From: Octopus bimaculoides
Taxonomy: Eukaryota
Assembly (NCBI RefSeq): GCF_001194135.2
Contig: NC_068986.1
Coordinates: 11,264,771 to 11,300,271 of the forward strand
Direction: 5' to 3'
Length of the DNA: 35,501 nt
The notes under the pieces were generated by a model. It saw nothing but the letters and a program-made list of their open reading frames with translations, did no database searches and was not told the origin of the DNA. The position numbers and the translations under genes were made by a program. Of the stretch, positions 11,262-21,994 are shown one piece after another (the stretch's first letter is position 1; each line of letters opens with the position of its first letter).

Positions 11262-11695
11262 GGTAACGAGCTGGCAGAATCTTTAGCACATTAGACAAAA
11301 TGCTTAGTGGCACTTCTCCCAGTCTGAGTTCAAAATCCACCAAAGTCATCTCTGCCTTTCATCCTTTTTGGGTTGATAAAATATGTACCAGTTATGCACA
11401 GGGAAGTGATGTAATCAATTTGTTTGTTTCTCCCAAGTTTCAGGCCTTGAGCCTATAGTAGAAAGGATTATTATTATTGAGGCACCAAGTGGGCAGAATT
11501 ACTGTTAGTGCTTTGCAGAAAATGCTTACCAACAGTCTTTCCAGCTCTTTACATTCTGAGATCAAATCCTGTGGAGGTCAAGTTTGTCTTATCTTTTTGG
11601 GATCAATAACAAAGTACCAACTAAATACTGGGGTTAATGTAATTGACCTGCCCCCTCCTCTCAAAATTGCTGGCCTTGTGCCACAATTAGAAAGA
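11262..11695 (+). mobile_element. Two tandem family C SINEs
   Basis: Two consecutive GGCAGAAT...CTGAG.TCAAATCC...GGCCTTG units, each ending in GAAAG.ATTAT. Confidence 0.8.
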
Positions 11696-11731
11696 ATTAT
11701 CATTATCACCATTATCATTAATTTAACCAAC

Positions 11732-12052
11732 ATCGTGATGGAGGCACGTAAAAAGCACCAACCAAACGTGGCCGATGCCAGTACTCCTGACTGACCTCTG
11801 TGCCGCTGGCACGTAAAAAGCACTGTCCAAATGTGATTGATGCCAGGCCCGCTTGACTGGCTCCTGTGTTGGTGGCACATAAAAAGCACCCACTACACTC
11901 TTGGAGTGGTTGGCGTTAGGAAGGGCATCCAGCTGTAGAATCACTGCCAGATCAGATTGGAGCCTGGTGCAGCCGTTGGCTCTGCAGACCTCAGTCAAAC
12001 CGTCCAACCCATGCAAGCATGGAAAACGGACATTAGATGATGATGATGATCA
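11732..12052 (+). mobile_element. Retroposon family A (RTE 3' UTR-derived, GGCACGTAAAAAGCAC units, (GAT)n tail)
   Basis: Contains TGGAGTGGTTGGCGTTAGGAAGGGCATCCAGCTGTAGAA. Other copies at about 365-600(-), 4489-4670(+), 6563-6787(+), 24085-24300(+), 30135-30290(+), 30520-30615(+), 31435-31655(+), 32640-32830(-), 33115-33270(+). Confidence 0.85.
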
Positions 12053-12189
12053 TTACCATAAGGGAGAAGCCCAAATTAAAAAAAGATAAAGAAAAGAAAA
12101 AACAATGAAAATTGATATTTGCCACAAAAATACTGTTTATTGGTTTAGCAACAAACTATGACTGTGTCAGCTCTACTTCTGAATCCATA

Positions 12190-12660
12190 GCATTTGTCAG
12201 AAACCTTTTCATCTCATCACCGGGTATGTTAGGGTCACAAGTGATTTTTCCCATTAACCTGTACACTTTGCCTGAGTGAGGCAGTGAGGACTGAATTAGT
12301 CTTTGCCAACAGAAGGGTTCTATCTTTGGTCTCTTATCAACATCAGTCACTTCAAGTTAGTTTCAGCTTGCCACACCAATCTCCTCGGTGGCTTTTCTCT
12401 TCTGTTTGAGTTCCAAACTAATCTTCTGCAGGAAACAGTATATTGATCTAGCTGGAAGGCCATGGCAACCAACTTCACATGGGGAATGAGACTGTGTGCC
12501 ATCTTTTGGCAAGTATCTCGTCAACCAAGTCTTGATATTTGGTTTTCTTTAACCGGTGGAAAAATGTCAAACCTGTCCTCTCAGGACACTGTAACTTCAA
12601 CCATGGTGTTAGTTTTGCCCTCCTGGATAGCTGGAACATGTCTAGTCAGAGCAAGATAAA
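12190..12660 (-). mobile_element. HERO/NeSL-like RLE non-LTR 3' fragment (restriction-like endonuclease), decayed
   Basis: With frameshifts, the minus strand gives MVEVTV(PW)EDRF...KTKYQDLVDEILAKRWHT..CEVGCHGLPARS...RKATEEIG, which follows the ELTVPWE/KxxKY/EVGCRGF pattern of HERO-type REL domains. Confidence 0.7.
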
Positions 12661-13511
12661 TTGTTTAACAAATTCCCCAGTTAAAGGATATTATATAAAT
12701 GTCCTTACCTCATAGTAAAAGTGGGTAGATAGTAACCTTTGAGATTGACTGACATTTTTACAATCAATATTTTATCTCCTATGCACATATCTAGCTGAGG
12801 TAACAATGGTGAAGTGGATAGAGCATTGGGCTACCAACTTATGGGTCATGAGTTCACATCAGCCATACGTGTTTTGTATTCCTAGAGATAGGCTGCATAA
12901 TTAATTCTACATGTTTCTGTTACCTAACTGGAGATAAAAGTACTGAATCTGCAAAGCTTACTTGTGACAGATTGTGTTTTTGTATTTAGACAGGAAAATT
13001 CTCCTCTTCACAATGCAACAACAGATTCCAGAGTTAAGTGCACAGGTTTTGTGACACCAGTGCAGGTGGTGAAGGCATTTATGCTGCATGTAGTGTTTAC
13101 ATTACTTATCAACGACTGTTAAATAAAATACAAATCATTTATTTTTCTCATCATAAATTTTAAATCACTGAAATTACAGGGAACCAGCAAAATGAAAACA
13201 AACAAACAAACAAAACCAACAAAAGACCCAAACAAACAAAATGTGATCAAAGAAGCAGAACAAACAAAGATGGTGGAAATGTCAATTTGTGTAATGGAAT
13301 TCAGACGACCTCTCTGATGAAGCGGAATTTGATTGATATATAAACAACCTGAAATGTCAGTTTTAAACTTGAAGCATCATTTTAGAATCAAGCAGGAATT
13401 CCATTCTATCACAGAAGAAAGAATTTCAAATGTATTTGAGGACCGCATTTGATTTTTGAAGATCTTTTACATTTTGCACACTCATCTACATAAACACATC
13501 ACCAACGTTGT

Positions 13512-13732
13512 CTTTGCCATCGTTTTAATGTCCACTTGTCCTTGCCTGCATGGCTCAGATGGAGTTTATTGAGACATATTTTCTATGGCCAGATGCTCTT
13601 CTGGTTGCCATTCCTCTCTCACTTGTTTCCAAACAAGGTAATATTTCCTGATGGTCTGACATGTTTTCACACAGGAACAACACAGCCTGCACATACACAT
13701 CACAAATGAGCATCACCATCATACTCAACATT
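13512..13732 (-). mobile_element. SINE family B tail half; similar fragments at 15126-15380(-) and 29870-30095(-)
   Basis: TTTTAATGTCCACTTG..GCATGG..CTCACTTGTTTCCAAACAAGGTAATATTTCC. Confidence 0.8.
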
Positions 13733-13740
13733 TTGATATA

Positions 13741-13948
13741 CGAAGGGGTGCTGAAAAGTTCCTGGCTTTGGGTCAGGAGCATCAATTAATTATGATTTTA
13801 TTCAAAATATTCCCCTCTCAGATTCACACACTTATTGCAGCAGTCCTTCAGTTTTTCTAAGCCCTGTAAAAGAACTTGGAAGTTTGGGCTTTCAACTGGG
13901 CCTTTTGTGATACCCTTAAAACCAGGAATTCTTCAACACCCCCTTGTG
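13741..13948. mobile_element. Mariner-type MITE
   Basis: TA|CGAAGGGGTGCTGAAAAGTTCCTGGCTTT at the left end and AAACCAGGAATTCTTCAACACCCCCTTG at the right form imperfect TIRs of about 28 bp. Confidence 0.8.
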
Positions 13949-14175
13949 TGTATTCATAATTTTTGATTTTATCTTTTACTTTTTTCAGTCATTAGACTGA
14001 GGCCATGTTGGGTCACCATCTTGAAGAATTTTAGATGAATGAATCGACCCCAGGACTTGAACCCGACTGACGAAATACTTGATTTAATGGTTGTGAGGTT
14101 TGTGGCCGAAATTTGAATCTCTTCAGAAATGTGTAGTATACACAAGAAATAGACAAATGAAAATTTATCATCAGA

Positions 14176-14280
14176 GGCATATGGCGTAGTGGTTAAGAGC
14201 GTGGACTACTAATCCCAAGATTCCGAGTTTGATCCCAACAGTGACCTGAATAATAATAATAACATTGAAAAATTCCTTAC
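14176..14280 (+). mobile_element. Second, 3'-truncated copy of the tRNA-like head seen at 33943
   Basis: GGCATATGGCGTAGTGGTTAAGAGCGTGGACTACTAATCCCAAGATTCCGAGTTTGATCCC..CAGTGACCTGAATAATAAT...ATTGAAAAAT aligns to 33943-34115 apart from microsatellite length. Confidence 0.85.
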
Positions 14281-14284
14281 ACGT

Positions 14285-14608
14285 CACACATCCACATGTC
14301 AGGGTCACCAGCCTGTATCCACATGCACGCACACCTTTGTTTTGGGATCACCAATACTTTATTATCTCCCCTTCTTCCTAGCTCTCCTGTCTAACTACCT
14401 CTGTCCAGCCAGCCGCCATGATTGACCTCTAGCTCCTAAAGCTTTTTTTATTCTCTCTCTCTCTCTCTCTTTATTTCCTCACGTTCCTTTCTGTTGAAGA
14501 GCATAAGCTTGAAATGTAAAAGACTTTCTCACCTTCCCAAGCATTAAACCAATACACCTGTTTGTTGCTTATATACCTGTCTGAGTCTTTTGTTTTTCTG
14601 CAAATTCC

Positions 14609-14622
<14 letters not shown>
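14285..14622 (+). mobile_element. Penelope-like 3' terminal repeat fragment with hammerhead-like motif at 14487-14522
   Basis: A pyrimidine-rich tract is followed by CTTT-CTGTTGA-A-GAGC ataa GCTT-GAAA-TG-TA-AAAG, then a tail ending in (TA)n. Confidence 0.55.
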
Positions 14623-14649
<27 letters not shown>

Positions 14650-14669
14650 TATATATATGTATGTATGTA

Positions 14670-14885
14670 TTTGTATGTCTGTTTGTCCCCTCCCTCCACC
14701 ATCGCCTGACAACTGATGTTGGTGTGTTTATGTCCCTGTAACTTAGCCCTTTGGCAAAAGAGACCGATAAAATAAGTACTAGGCTTCCAAAGAATAAGTC
14801 CTGGGGTCAATTTGTTTGATTAAAGGCATGGCTCCATCATGGCCGCAGTCAAATGACTGAAACAAGTAAAAGAAAAGAAAAAAAA
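14670..14885 (+). mobile_element. SINE-like family E with (AAAAG)n tail
   Basis: GATAAAATAAGTACTAGG..TGGGGTCAATTTG..CATGGCCGCAGTCAAATGACTGAAACAAGTAAAAG. Other copies at 20948-21150(+), 13975-14060(-), 15585-15765(-), 29062-29255(-), 30380-30480(-), 35215-35425(-). Confidence 0.8.
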
Positions 14886-15869
14886 GAATAAAAGAACAAA
14901 AGAATGCTATTCTTGAAATAAATGCTAGATATCATCATCTTTTGCATTTCTTCATTCACCACAATAATTAGACGGTGACGACAGTGAAGGGAAATGCATG
15001 TAATTAGTCTTCTTCTTAATCAGTTAATCCTTTCAAGCCGATGACAGTTGACAGAAGTTACAACATATAATTATAGGCAATGTGTTTAACCCTTTCAAGT
15101 CAATGGATCCTAAAAGCAGCATGTCATCATCATCATCATCATCAGTTTACATCCACTTTTCCATGCTTGCATGGGTCAGATAGAATTTGTTAAGGAACAT
15201 TTTTTACAGCTACATACCCTCCATGTCACTAATCCTCACTTGTTTCGAAGTAAGATAATATTTCCTTATAGCTGGACATCTTTCTATGGACTACATGAAA
15301 TGAAAGACTCTGCTTGTGTGACACACATTGATGATTACTGCACACTATCAAGACAAGGGACACACACACACATTCATACCCTCCCCCCACACACATTTCA
15401 TTTGAAGACATGACCATGTTGCAGTTGTCATATTTTTGTATCGGTTTCTTGAAGATAGTTTGGAACAACAAACTTCCTGACTCCATATTCAATGTTTCCA
15501 GACCTTCACACTCTCATTTTCAAGAATTGAAATAAATTGGATGTCTGCATCACTTCTTATACATTGGTCAATTTTTTTTTCTTCTTTTACTAGTGTCAGT
15601 CATTAGACTGCAGCTATGCTGGGGCACCACATTAAAGAATTTTAGTTGAATGAGTCAACCCTAGTTCTTACTATTTTTATATCTTAAGCCTAATACTTAT
15701 TCTATTGGTGTCTTTTGCTGAACTGCTAAATGATGGGGGACATAAACACACCAACACCAGTTGTCTACCATATCCACTCACAAGGCTTTTGTTGGCTTGA
15801 GGCTACAGAATACACTTGCCCAAATCCTAGTGAGGGATGACTTATTATTCCAGGCATGGATATAATATG

Positions 15870-16265
15870 CCCAGACATGGCTGTGTGGCCAAGAAGTTTG
15901 CTTTCCAGCCATATGACTTCAGGTTCAGTCCCATTGCATGGTTCTTTAGGAAAGTTTTTCTTATTGTAGACTTGCAAGTGGATTTGGTGGATGGAGATTG
16001 AACGAAGCCTATCGTGTGCGTCCATCCTTTCCTTGAAATTACATGATAGTTGTAAACGAGTGTTACTGTCCTACAAGCAGTGTCAATAATTTTCCCAACA
16101 TGCTGCATAGCCATGACTGACCATGGGGAAATATTACTGTTTTGAAACAGGTGAGAGTTGGTGACATGAAGGGCACAAAGCCACAGAAAATTTACCACAA
16201 CGAATTCTGTCCAACCCATGCAAGCATAGATAAGTGGATGTGAAAACAACAATGGTGATGATGAT
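15870..16265 (+). mobile_element. SINE family B, full length
   Basis: Head ATGGCTGTGTGG..AAGAAG..CAGGTTCAGTCCCA through tail AACCCATGCAAGCAT..(GAT)n. Confidence 0.85.
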
Positions 16266-16474
16266 AATGGTATAATAGTGTTTTTTCTAATCAATTATAT
16301 CTGTTCTAATGAATCAATGACCTTGTGCCAAGAAATCATTAATTATGTTCCTTTATATTTGACTAAGGTCAACTTTACCTTTCATTCTCCTGGAGCAATG
16401 ATATAGTAAGTGGCAACCAAGTGGATAGGATTCCAACTCCTAAACTTATGGCTTGTGCTTATCTGAGAAATCAT

Positions 16475-16826
16475 CATTGTCATTTAACATCCACTTTCCC
16501 ATGCTTGCATGGGTCAGATGAAATTTGTTGAGGCAGATTGTCTACAGCCAGATGCCCTTCCTATCATCAACCTTCACCTGTTTCCCCATGATCAGACACA
16601 TCTTAGAAGACTGGAAATGAAGGACACTGCTTGCATGACAGGGACACTTGTTTACAACTAATACATGATGGGCTCTTTCAGTTTCCATCTACTAAATCCA
16701 CTCATAAAGTACTGGTTGGCCTGAGGCTATAGTAGAACACATTTTTTCAAGGCACCATGCAGTGGGACTGAACCTAAAAAATGTGGATGGGAAGCAAACT
16801 TTCTACCACACAGCCACGCCTGTACT
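16475..16826 (-). mobile_element. SINE family B, full length, inverted relative to 15870
   Basis: Reverse complement of the 15870 copy (TTTAACATCCACTTTCCCATGCTTGCATGGG...CAGTGGGACTGAACC). Confidence 0.85.
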
Positions 16827-18057
16827 TATTATTTATAATAATAATTACTTGCAGCTACTTAATTTCTAGTGAAACCATCCATCAACAAGTCTTACTGTTG
16901 ACATTTTCCTTGTGTACATAATTAGTCATGAAAAGTTTTAATTCCAAGAATGCTGAAGCAGATGAGATGAGGATATCATGATTAATTGCCTTCTAAAAAG
17001 GAGTTTATTCCAAACAGAATGAATGATGAAAGTGAAATTAAAGCCAACACACATTCACACTCAAAAATGCACTAAGTGGTCAGTGTATTTGGCATGTGAT
17101 TCCAAGGTTGCGAGTTCAATTCCTGGTAGCATATTGTGTCCTTGTGCGAGGTGTTTATTTCGCGTTGCTCCAGTACACTCAGCTGGCAAGAATGAGTGGT
17201 ACCTGTAATTCCAAAGGGGCCAGCCCTGTCACATTGTGTGTCATGCTGAATCTCCCTGGGAACTACATTAAGGGTACGTGTGTCTGTGGAGTGCTCAGCC
17301 ACTTGCATGTTAATCTCATGAGCAGGCTGTTCTGTTGATTGGATGAGCTAGAGCCCTCACCATTGTAAACACCAGAGTGCCAGTGTATATGTGTATCTAA
17401 CTATACTGATAGATATGTTGTTGTATCTTGAGAGGGTCATTCTCTCAATAAGAAACACACACACACTGGTTCTATTTCACTTCTGTTATTACTATCATCA
17501 TCATCATAATAATAATAATTATTATTATCATTTTCATTATTAGTCAAGTAGTTAACCATTTAACCAATCAACTAATTAATTGTTCAGTCAATTAATCCAT
17601 CAGCTAGGTTCATTAGAGGTCCTTCCACTGTAATTCATGACCTCATTAATTAGATGCTCACGCTCTTCCGGACACTGATGAACCTAGCTGATTGACCGAA
17701 CAATTAATCAAATCATCGATTAGTTAATCAGTCAGCTTGTTGGCTAAGAAATAATAAAAGTGAAGTGAAGTGGAACAAGAGATAAATACGCCTTTTAAGT
17801 TTCATCAGTAGGTCTGTTATTCTTTGTCTCTCTCAAATTGGTTCTTATAAAGTCTATTAGGGTTTAACTTTGTCACTTTGGTAATATGGCTAACCACACA
17901 CACACACACAATGTACAGAAGCACATGCCAGCTTTCATTTCCACTTTAACTCTTTTGTTACCAAATCTCTGTTTGTATACACTACCTTTATTTCAATTAA
18001 TTTTGGAAATAATGAAGAATTTGATAAAATACCTGTCATTATTAATTGGGTGATTAA

Positions 18058-18270
18058 GGTGGCAAACTGGCAGAATTGTTAGCTTGCTGGGTAAAACGCT
18101 TAGTGACATTTCGTCTGTATTTATGGTTTGAGTTCAAATTACGCTGAGGTCGACTTTGCCTTTTATCCTTGTGGGGTCAATAAAATAAGTACCAGGTGAA
18201 CATCAGGATTGATAGAGTCAACTTATTCACTCCCATGAAATTACTGGCTTTGTACCGAAATTTGAAACTA
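18058..18270 (+). mobile_element. Family C SINE directly joined to an RTE 3' fragment
   Basis: GGTGGCAAACTGGCAGAA..GAGTTCAAAT..GAGGTCGACTTTGCC..GGGGTCAATAAAATAAGTACC. Confidence 0.85.
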
Positions 18271-18279
18271 TTATTTGGC

Positions 18280-18772
18280 TGGGTTCAGGGAAAGTGGAGC
18301 GTTATTATATGGGAAAAGGTTCTCATTGAAGACGAAAGGAAAGGCCTGTAGGAGTTTTGTGAGAGCTGCAATGCTGTATTGGAGTGAGAGAAATGTGTGG
18401 TGTGAGGCTGTTTGATAAGAGGAGGACTGAGGACTTGATGGGGATGCTGGGGTTGGAGGAGTCAGTGGTACGGCTGGCAAGGGCAAATGGAGTGCAGTGG
18501 TATGGGCATGTGTTGAGAAGGGATGAGGAGTATGTTCTGAAGAAGATGCCAGAGTTTGAGGTAAATGGACAGCAAAAGTGAGGTAGACCGAGGAAAACGT
18601 GGAGGGGACAAGTGGAGGAGGAGATTGGGAGGGTTGGCTCGAGAAGGGAGGACGCCCAAAACCGGGCAAGATGGTGTGAAGGCGGTTGCTATGGCATTGA
18701 GGTAGATCTGGCCACCCCTGTTAACGGGGACAAAACCTGGATTCAAAATGATGGATGATGATGATGATGATA
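18280..18772 (+). mobile_element. 5'-truncated RTE-clade LINE 3' end with (GAT)n tail
   Basis: Reads SGALLYGKRFSLKTKGKACRSFVRAAMLYWSE, then MCGVRLFDKRRTEDLMGMLGLEESVVRLARANGVQWYGHVLRRDEEYVLKK..FEVNG..K*GRPRKTW. This is the classic RTE C-terminus (W.GHVLR, GRPRKTW). Confidence 0.85.
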
Positions 18773-18891
18773 TTAATCTAGAGTTTGGAACATAAATTAA
18801 TTTGAAATTTTGATTGGATTTAGATCACTTCAATACGAGAAGTTTGAGTCATAGAAACAAAGGCAGTCTCAGGTGGGTTTGTATCAAAAGG

Positions 18892-19097
18892 GTCAACTAT
18901 TTTGATACCAACAAACCAGACACTGCCCCTGGGTCTAAGTTTTCAAGGAATCTAATTATTTTCCATCAAAATTTCGTGCTAATTTCTGTTCCAAGCATCA
19001 GCTTAATAATGACAAAGTTACTTTACTAAATTTTCAAAATAAATTAAACCAGAGGCAGCAAATTCCAAACAAAAATATGATAATGAAAGAGTTAAAT
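18892..19097 (+). mobile_element. Second TTAA-terminated MITE family, uninterrupted copy
   Basis: TCAACTATTTTGATACC...GAAAGAGTTAA; partial relative at 29667-29830. Confidence 0.65.
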
Positions 19098-19719
19098 AGT
19101 TGCAACACATAGCCTTCCGTTGCTAATTTTAAATCCATGGAAGGAGATATACATCAAGAGCAACCACAATAAAAGATAGCTTGATGCATAATAAATAGTT
19201 GAAGTGGAAATGAAGAAAAGCGTTACACTAATATTGTAGTTGCTTCACATATATTGAAAAAAATATTTAAAAGACTGTTGTTGATTAGGATGATGATGAT
19301 GATGATGAAGGTGATGAGAGTGATAATGGAGACAACAACAATGATGATAATGTTGATAACATCAATGATAGTGATGTTGATAATGTGTTGTTATTTTTGC
19401 TGAACTTTAAAAGCTCATCAATATTGGATTGTATATAATACACTTACCCAGTGTTCTGGGGGTGTAGTTCTTTTTTTTTTTTTTTTACCAGTTATTATCT
19501 CTATTATATATTTGATAAAGAAGAAAAAAATTGGGTTTCCTTTCCTTTAAAAAGATAAAAACCCATGAAATAAATGAATAGTTTACTTGCTTTTACTTCA
19601 TTCAATTTTCCTTTTACAGAGTTTAACCACGAATGAATTAACGTTTCCAACCACATTCCTTTCAACAACAAAGGTTTTTATCTTTCCACAATGAAACACA
19701 CACATTACATTCTCTCTCT

Positions 19720-19858
19720 CCCTCTATATATATATATATACACACACACATACATATATCTATCTATCTATCTAAATATATATATATATATATATATAAA
19801 TTAAATATATATATATATAAATATATATATATATAAATATATATATATATAAATATAC
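19720..19858. repeat. Compound (TA)n/(CA)n/(TATC)n microsatellite; many similar tracts elsewhere (e.g. 1-26, 246-288, 1942-1976, 10175-10340, 22228-22330, 28048-28215, 34018-34104, 35458-35501)
   Basis: Directly visible simple repeats. Confidence 0.95.
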
Positions 19859-19859
19859 T

Positions 19860-19984
19860 TTATTAAAAAGCAGCAAAAATATCACAAAAACTGTTACTAA
19901 GAGTTTCATGTTGTTGTTCGTCCGACGAGTGAGAACACGAAACTGAGTAACAGATTTTGTGACATTTTTGCTGCCTTTTAATAA
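19860..19984. repeat. 125-bp hairpin: two head-to-head halves of a hammerhead-bearing Penelope-like terminus
   Basis: Arms TTATTAAAAAGCAGCAAAAATATCACAAAAACTGTTACT and AGTAACAGATTTTGTGACATTTTTGCTGCCTTTTAATAA. The right half contains CCGACGA-GTG agaa CAC-GAAA-CTGAG-TA-ACAG. Confidence 0.8.
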
Positions 19985-20087
19985 AGCGTATTACTCTACC
20001 TGTGTTATTCGAGTACTATTTTTTCCACTTTGATTTGCATTTATGTGCCTACTCTGGTATATATATATATATATATATATATGTGTG

Positions 20088-20448
20088 GAGGCACAATGGC
20101 CCAGCGGTTAGACCAGCAGACTCGTGGAATTAGGTTCGCTTCGATTCCCAGACCGGGCGTTGTGAGTACTTATTGAGAGAAAACACCTAAAGCTCCATGA
20201 GACTCCGACAGGGGGTGATGGCGAACCCTGCTGTACTCCTTCACCACAATTTTCTCTCACTCTTTCTTCCTGTTTCTGTTGTACCTGTATTTCAAAGGGC
20301 CAGCCTTGTCACACTGAACCTCCCCAAGACTTACGTTAAGGGTACACATATCTGTGGAGTGCTCAGCCACTTGCATGTTAATTTCACTAGCAGGCTGTTC
20401 CATTGATCGGATCAAGTGGACCCTTGTCATCGTAACTGACAGAGTGTC
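20088..20448 (+). mobile_element. tRNA-derived SINE family D
   Basis: TGGCCCAGCGGTTAG..TTCGATTCCCAG head and TGTGGAGTGCTCAGCCACTTGCA..AGCAGGCTGTTC body. Relatives at 27600-27960(-), 17072-17385(+), 22955-23250(-), 32145-32455(+) and, more distantly, 5972-6235(+). Confidence 0.85.
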
Positions 20449-21254
20449 AAGTTATCTATCTATTTATCTATCTATCTATATATATACATACATATATTTC
20501 GTTTTGGGATTTGGTTTGCAAGATTCTTTATGTGAGTTCGTGTGTTGAAGCATATTCAGTTATTTTCAAAAAATAAAAAAGAAATAAGTGGAAATTTTAC
20601 TGGAAATCTTACCAGAATAAAACAAAAAAAAAAACAACAAAAAAAACTACAGTCAATTGGACATACACAGTGAATATATTAAGATTGACTGCTCAAAGAA
20701 TCTCTTAGATGGAAAAATAGGTGTGGAAATATGATGGTCCAAGCATGGCTCTTTGTTGGATAGAAGAAAAAATGTCCAGAGAAGAGGAAAAAGGGAAAGA
20801 GCATCTTAGGCAAGTGTCTTCTGCTATAGCCTCAGGCCAAACAAAGCCTTATGAGTGGATTTGGCATGCAGAAACTGAACAAAGCCCATCATGTGTGTAC
20901 ACACACACACATACAGACATAAAATCTATGCGTGCATGCATGTGTTTGTTCCACACCACTGCTTGATAACTGGTGCTCGTGTACTCATGTTTCCATAACT
21001 TAACAGTTTGGCAAAAGGGACTGACGGAATAAGTACCAGACATTGAAAAAAAAGAAAAAGCATGGGGATTGATTGATTTGACTAAAAATTCAAGGTAGTG
21101 CTCCAAGCTGGCCACAGTCTAATAACTGAAACAAGTAAAAGATAAAAGAAAAAATAACAGAAAAAGGGCAGGCACATTAGAGGGCCATGAGAAGGACGTG
21201 TACATTTTAAAACTGGCCTAGGGAGTTGGATACCCTGGTGCTGGCCCTGTCATC

Positions 21255-21670
21255 ATCACCGTTTTCACATCTGATTTTCCATGATTGTATGGGTTAGACA
21301 GAATTTACTGAGGTAGATTTTCTAAGGCCGGACACCATTTCAGTCACTAACCATCATCTGTTTCTAAGTAAGATTATATTTACCCATAGCTGAACCCTTT
21401 TCACAGAAGGTTGGAAGCAAAGAATACTATTTGTATGGTGTTTGTTTATAACTATTGCACAATGTCAAGCCAAGGAGATACAAATATTACCACCACACAT
21501 CACATACACATACACAATGGGCTGCTTTCAGTTTCCATCTACCAAATCCACTCACAAGGCTTTGGTTGATCCAGGTCTCTAATAGAAGACATTTACTATG
21601 GTGCCTCGCTACGGGCTTGGACCTGAAACTACATGGTTGATAAGTAAACTTCTTAACCACACTGCAATTA
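21255..21670 (-). mobile_element. SINE family B, full length, diverged
   Basis: Same head and tail motifs as the 9412 copy. Confidence 0.8.
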
Positions 21671-21994
21671 TTCTTTAAGAACATATTACTATTTGTTGTT
21701 AGCTTCTCTGCATTATTTTTCTCAAAGATGTTTCAAGACAATCATTGGCTAAGAATTATCCCCAACAGCAGAATGGCAAATACATTGTTTCTATGGATGC
21801 TTGACATCAACTTTTATGGAATTTTGTCAACAATAGTTCTTCCATTATTTATACATATTGCAGAAATATGAAGATAGATACACTTTATGACAGATTAGCA
21901 AAGTTGTCATTGCATAGAAACAACAGCCATATCAGATGTAATCAAAAACACTAAGTTTCACTGGAGATTTTCATTTTATTTTAATATTAAATCA

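Larger units (their letters stand above)
17947..18895 (-). mobile_element. Second TTAA-terminated MITE family, split by a nested SINE plus RTE insertion
   Basis: 17947-18057 and 18773-18895 together are the reverse complement of the neighbouring copy at about 18892-19097 and the partial copy at 29667-29830 (shared CAGCTTAATAATGACAAA). Confidence 0.65.

Noticed and set aside
11745-11890. Repeated GGCAC(G/A)TAAAAAGCAC units with spacers, CRISPR-like in appearance
   Set aside because: These are internal repeats of retroposon family A in a eukaryotic genome; spacers are conserved between copies and there are no cas genes.
13312-13335. CTGATGA in CTCTCTGATGAAGCGG
   Set aside because: No stem II or GAAA follows; chance match.
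12990-13345. Plus-strand exon-like segments after TTTAG and TTACAG
   Set aside because: Low-complexity (AAAC)n content and no recognisable protein.
14176-14250. Possible tRNA gene (also 33943-34015)
   Set aside because: A and B boxes are present, but there is no closed acceptor stem and it runs into a repeat tail; this is a SINE-type head.
17790-17808. Minus-strand ATGAAACTTAAAAGGC|GTATTT as THOC7 exon 1
   Set aside because: The phase fits, but the donor is weak and MKLKRH does not resemble the acidic N-terminus of THOC7.
19620-19673. Plus-strand 54-nt exon candidate (TTTTCCTTTTACAG|...AAG|GTTTTT; SLTTNELTFPTTFLSTTK)
   Set aside because: Good acceptor but weak donor, no recognisable homology and no partner exons.
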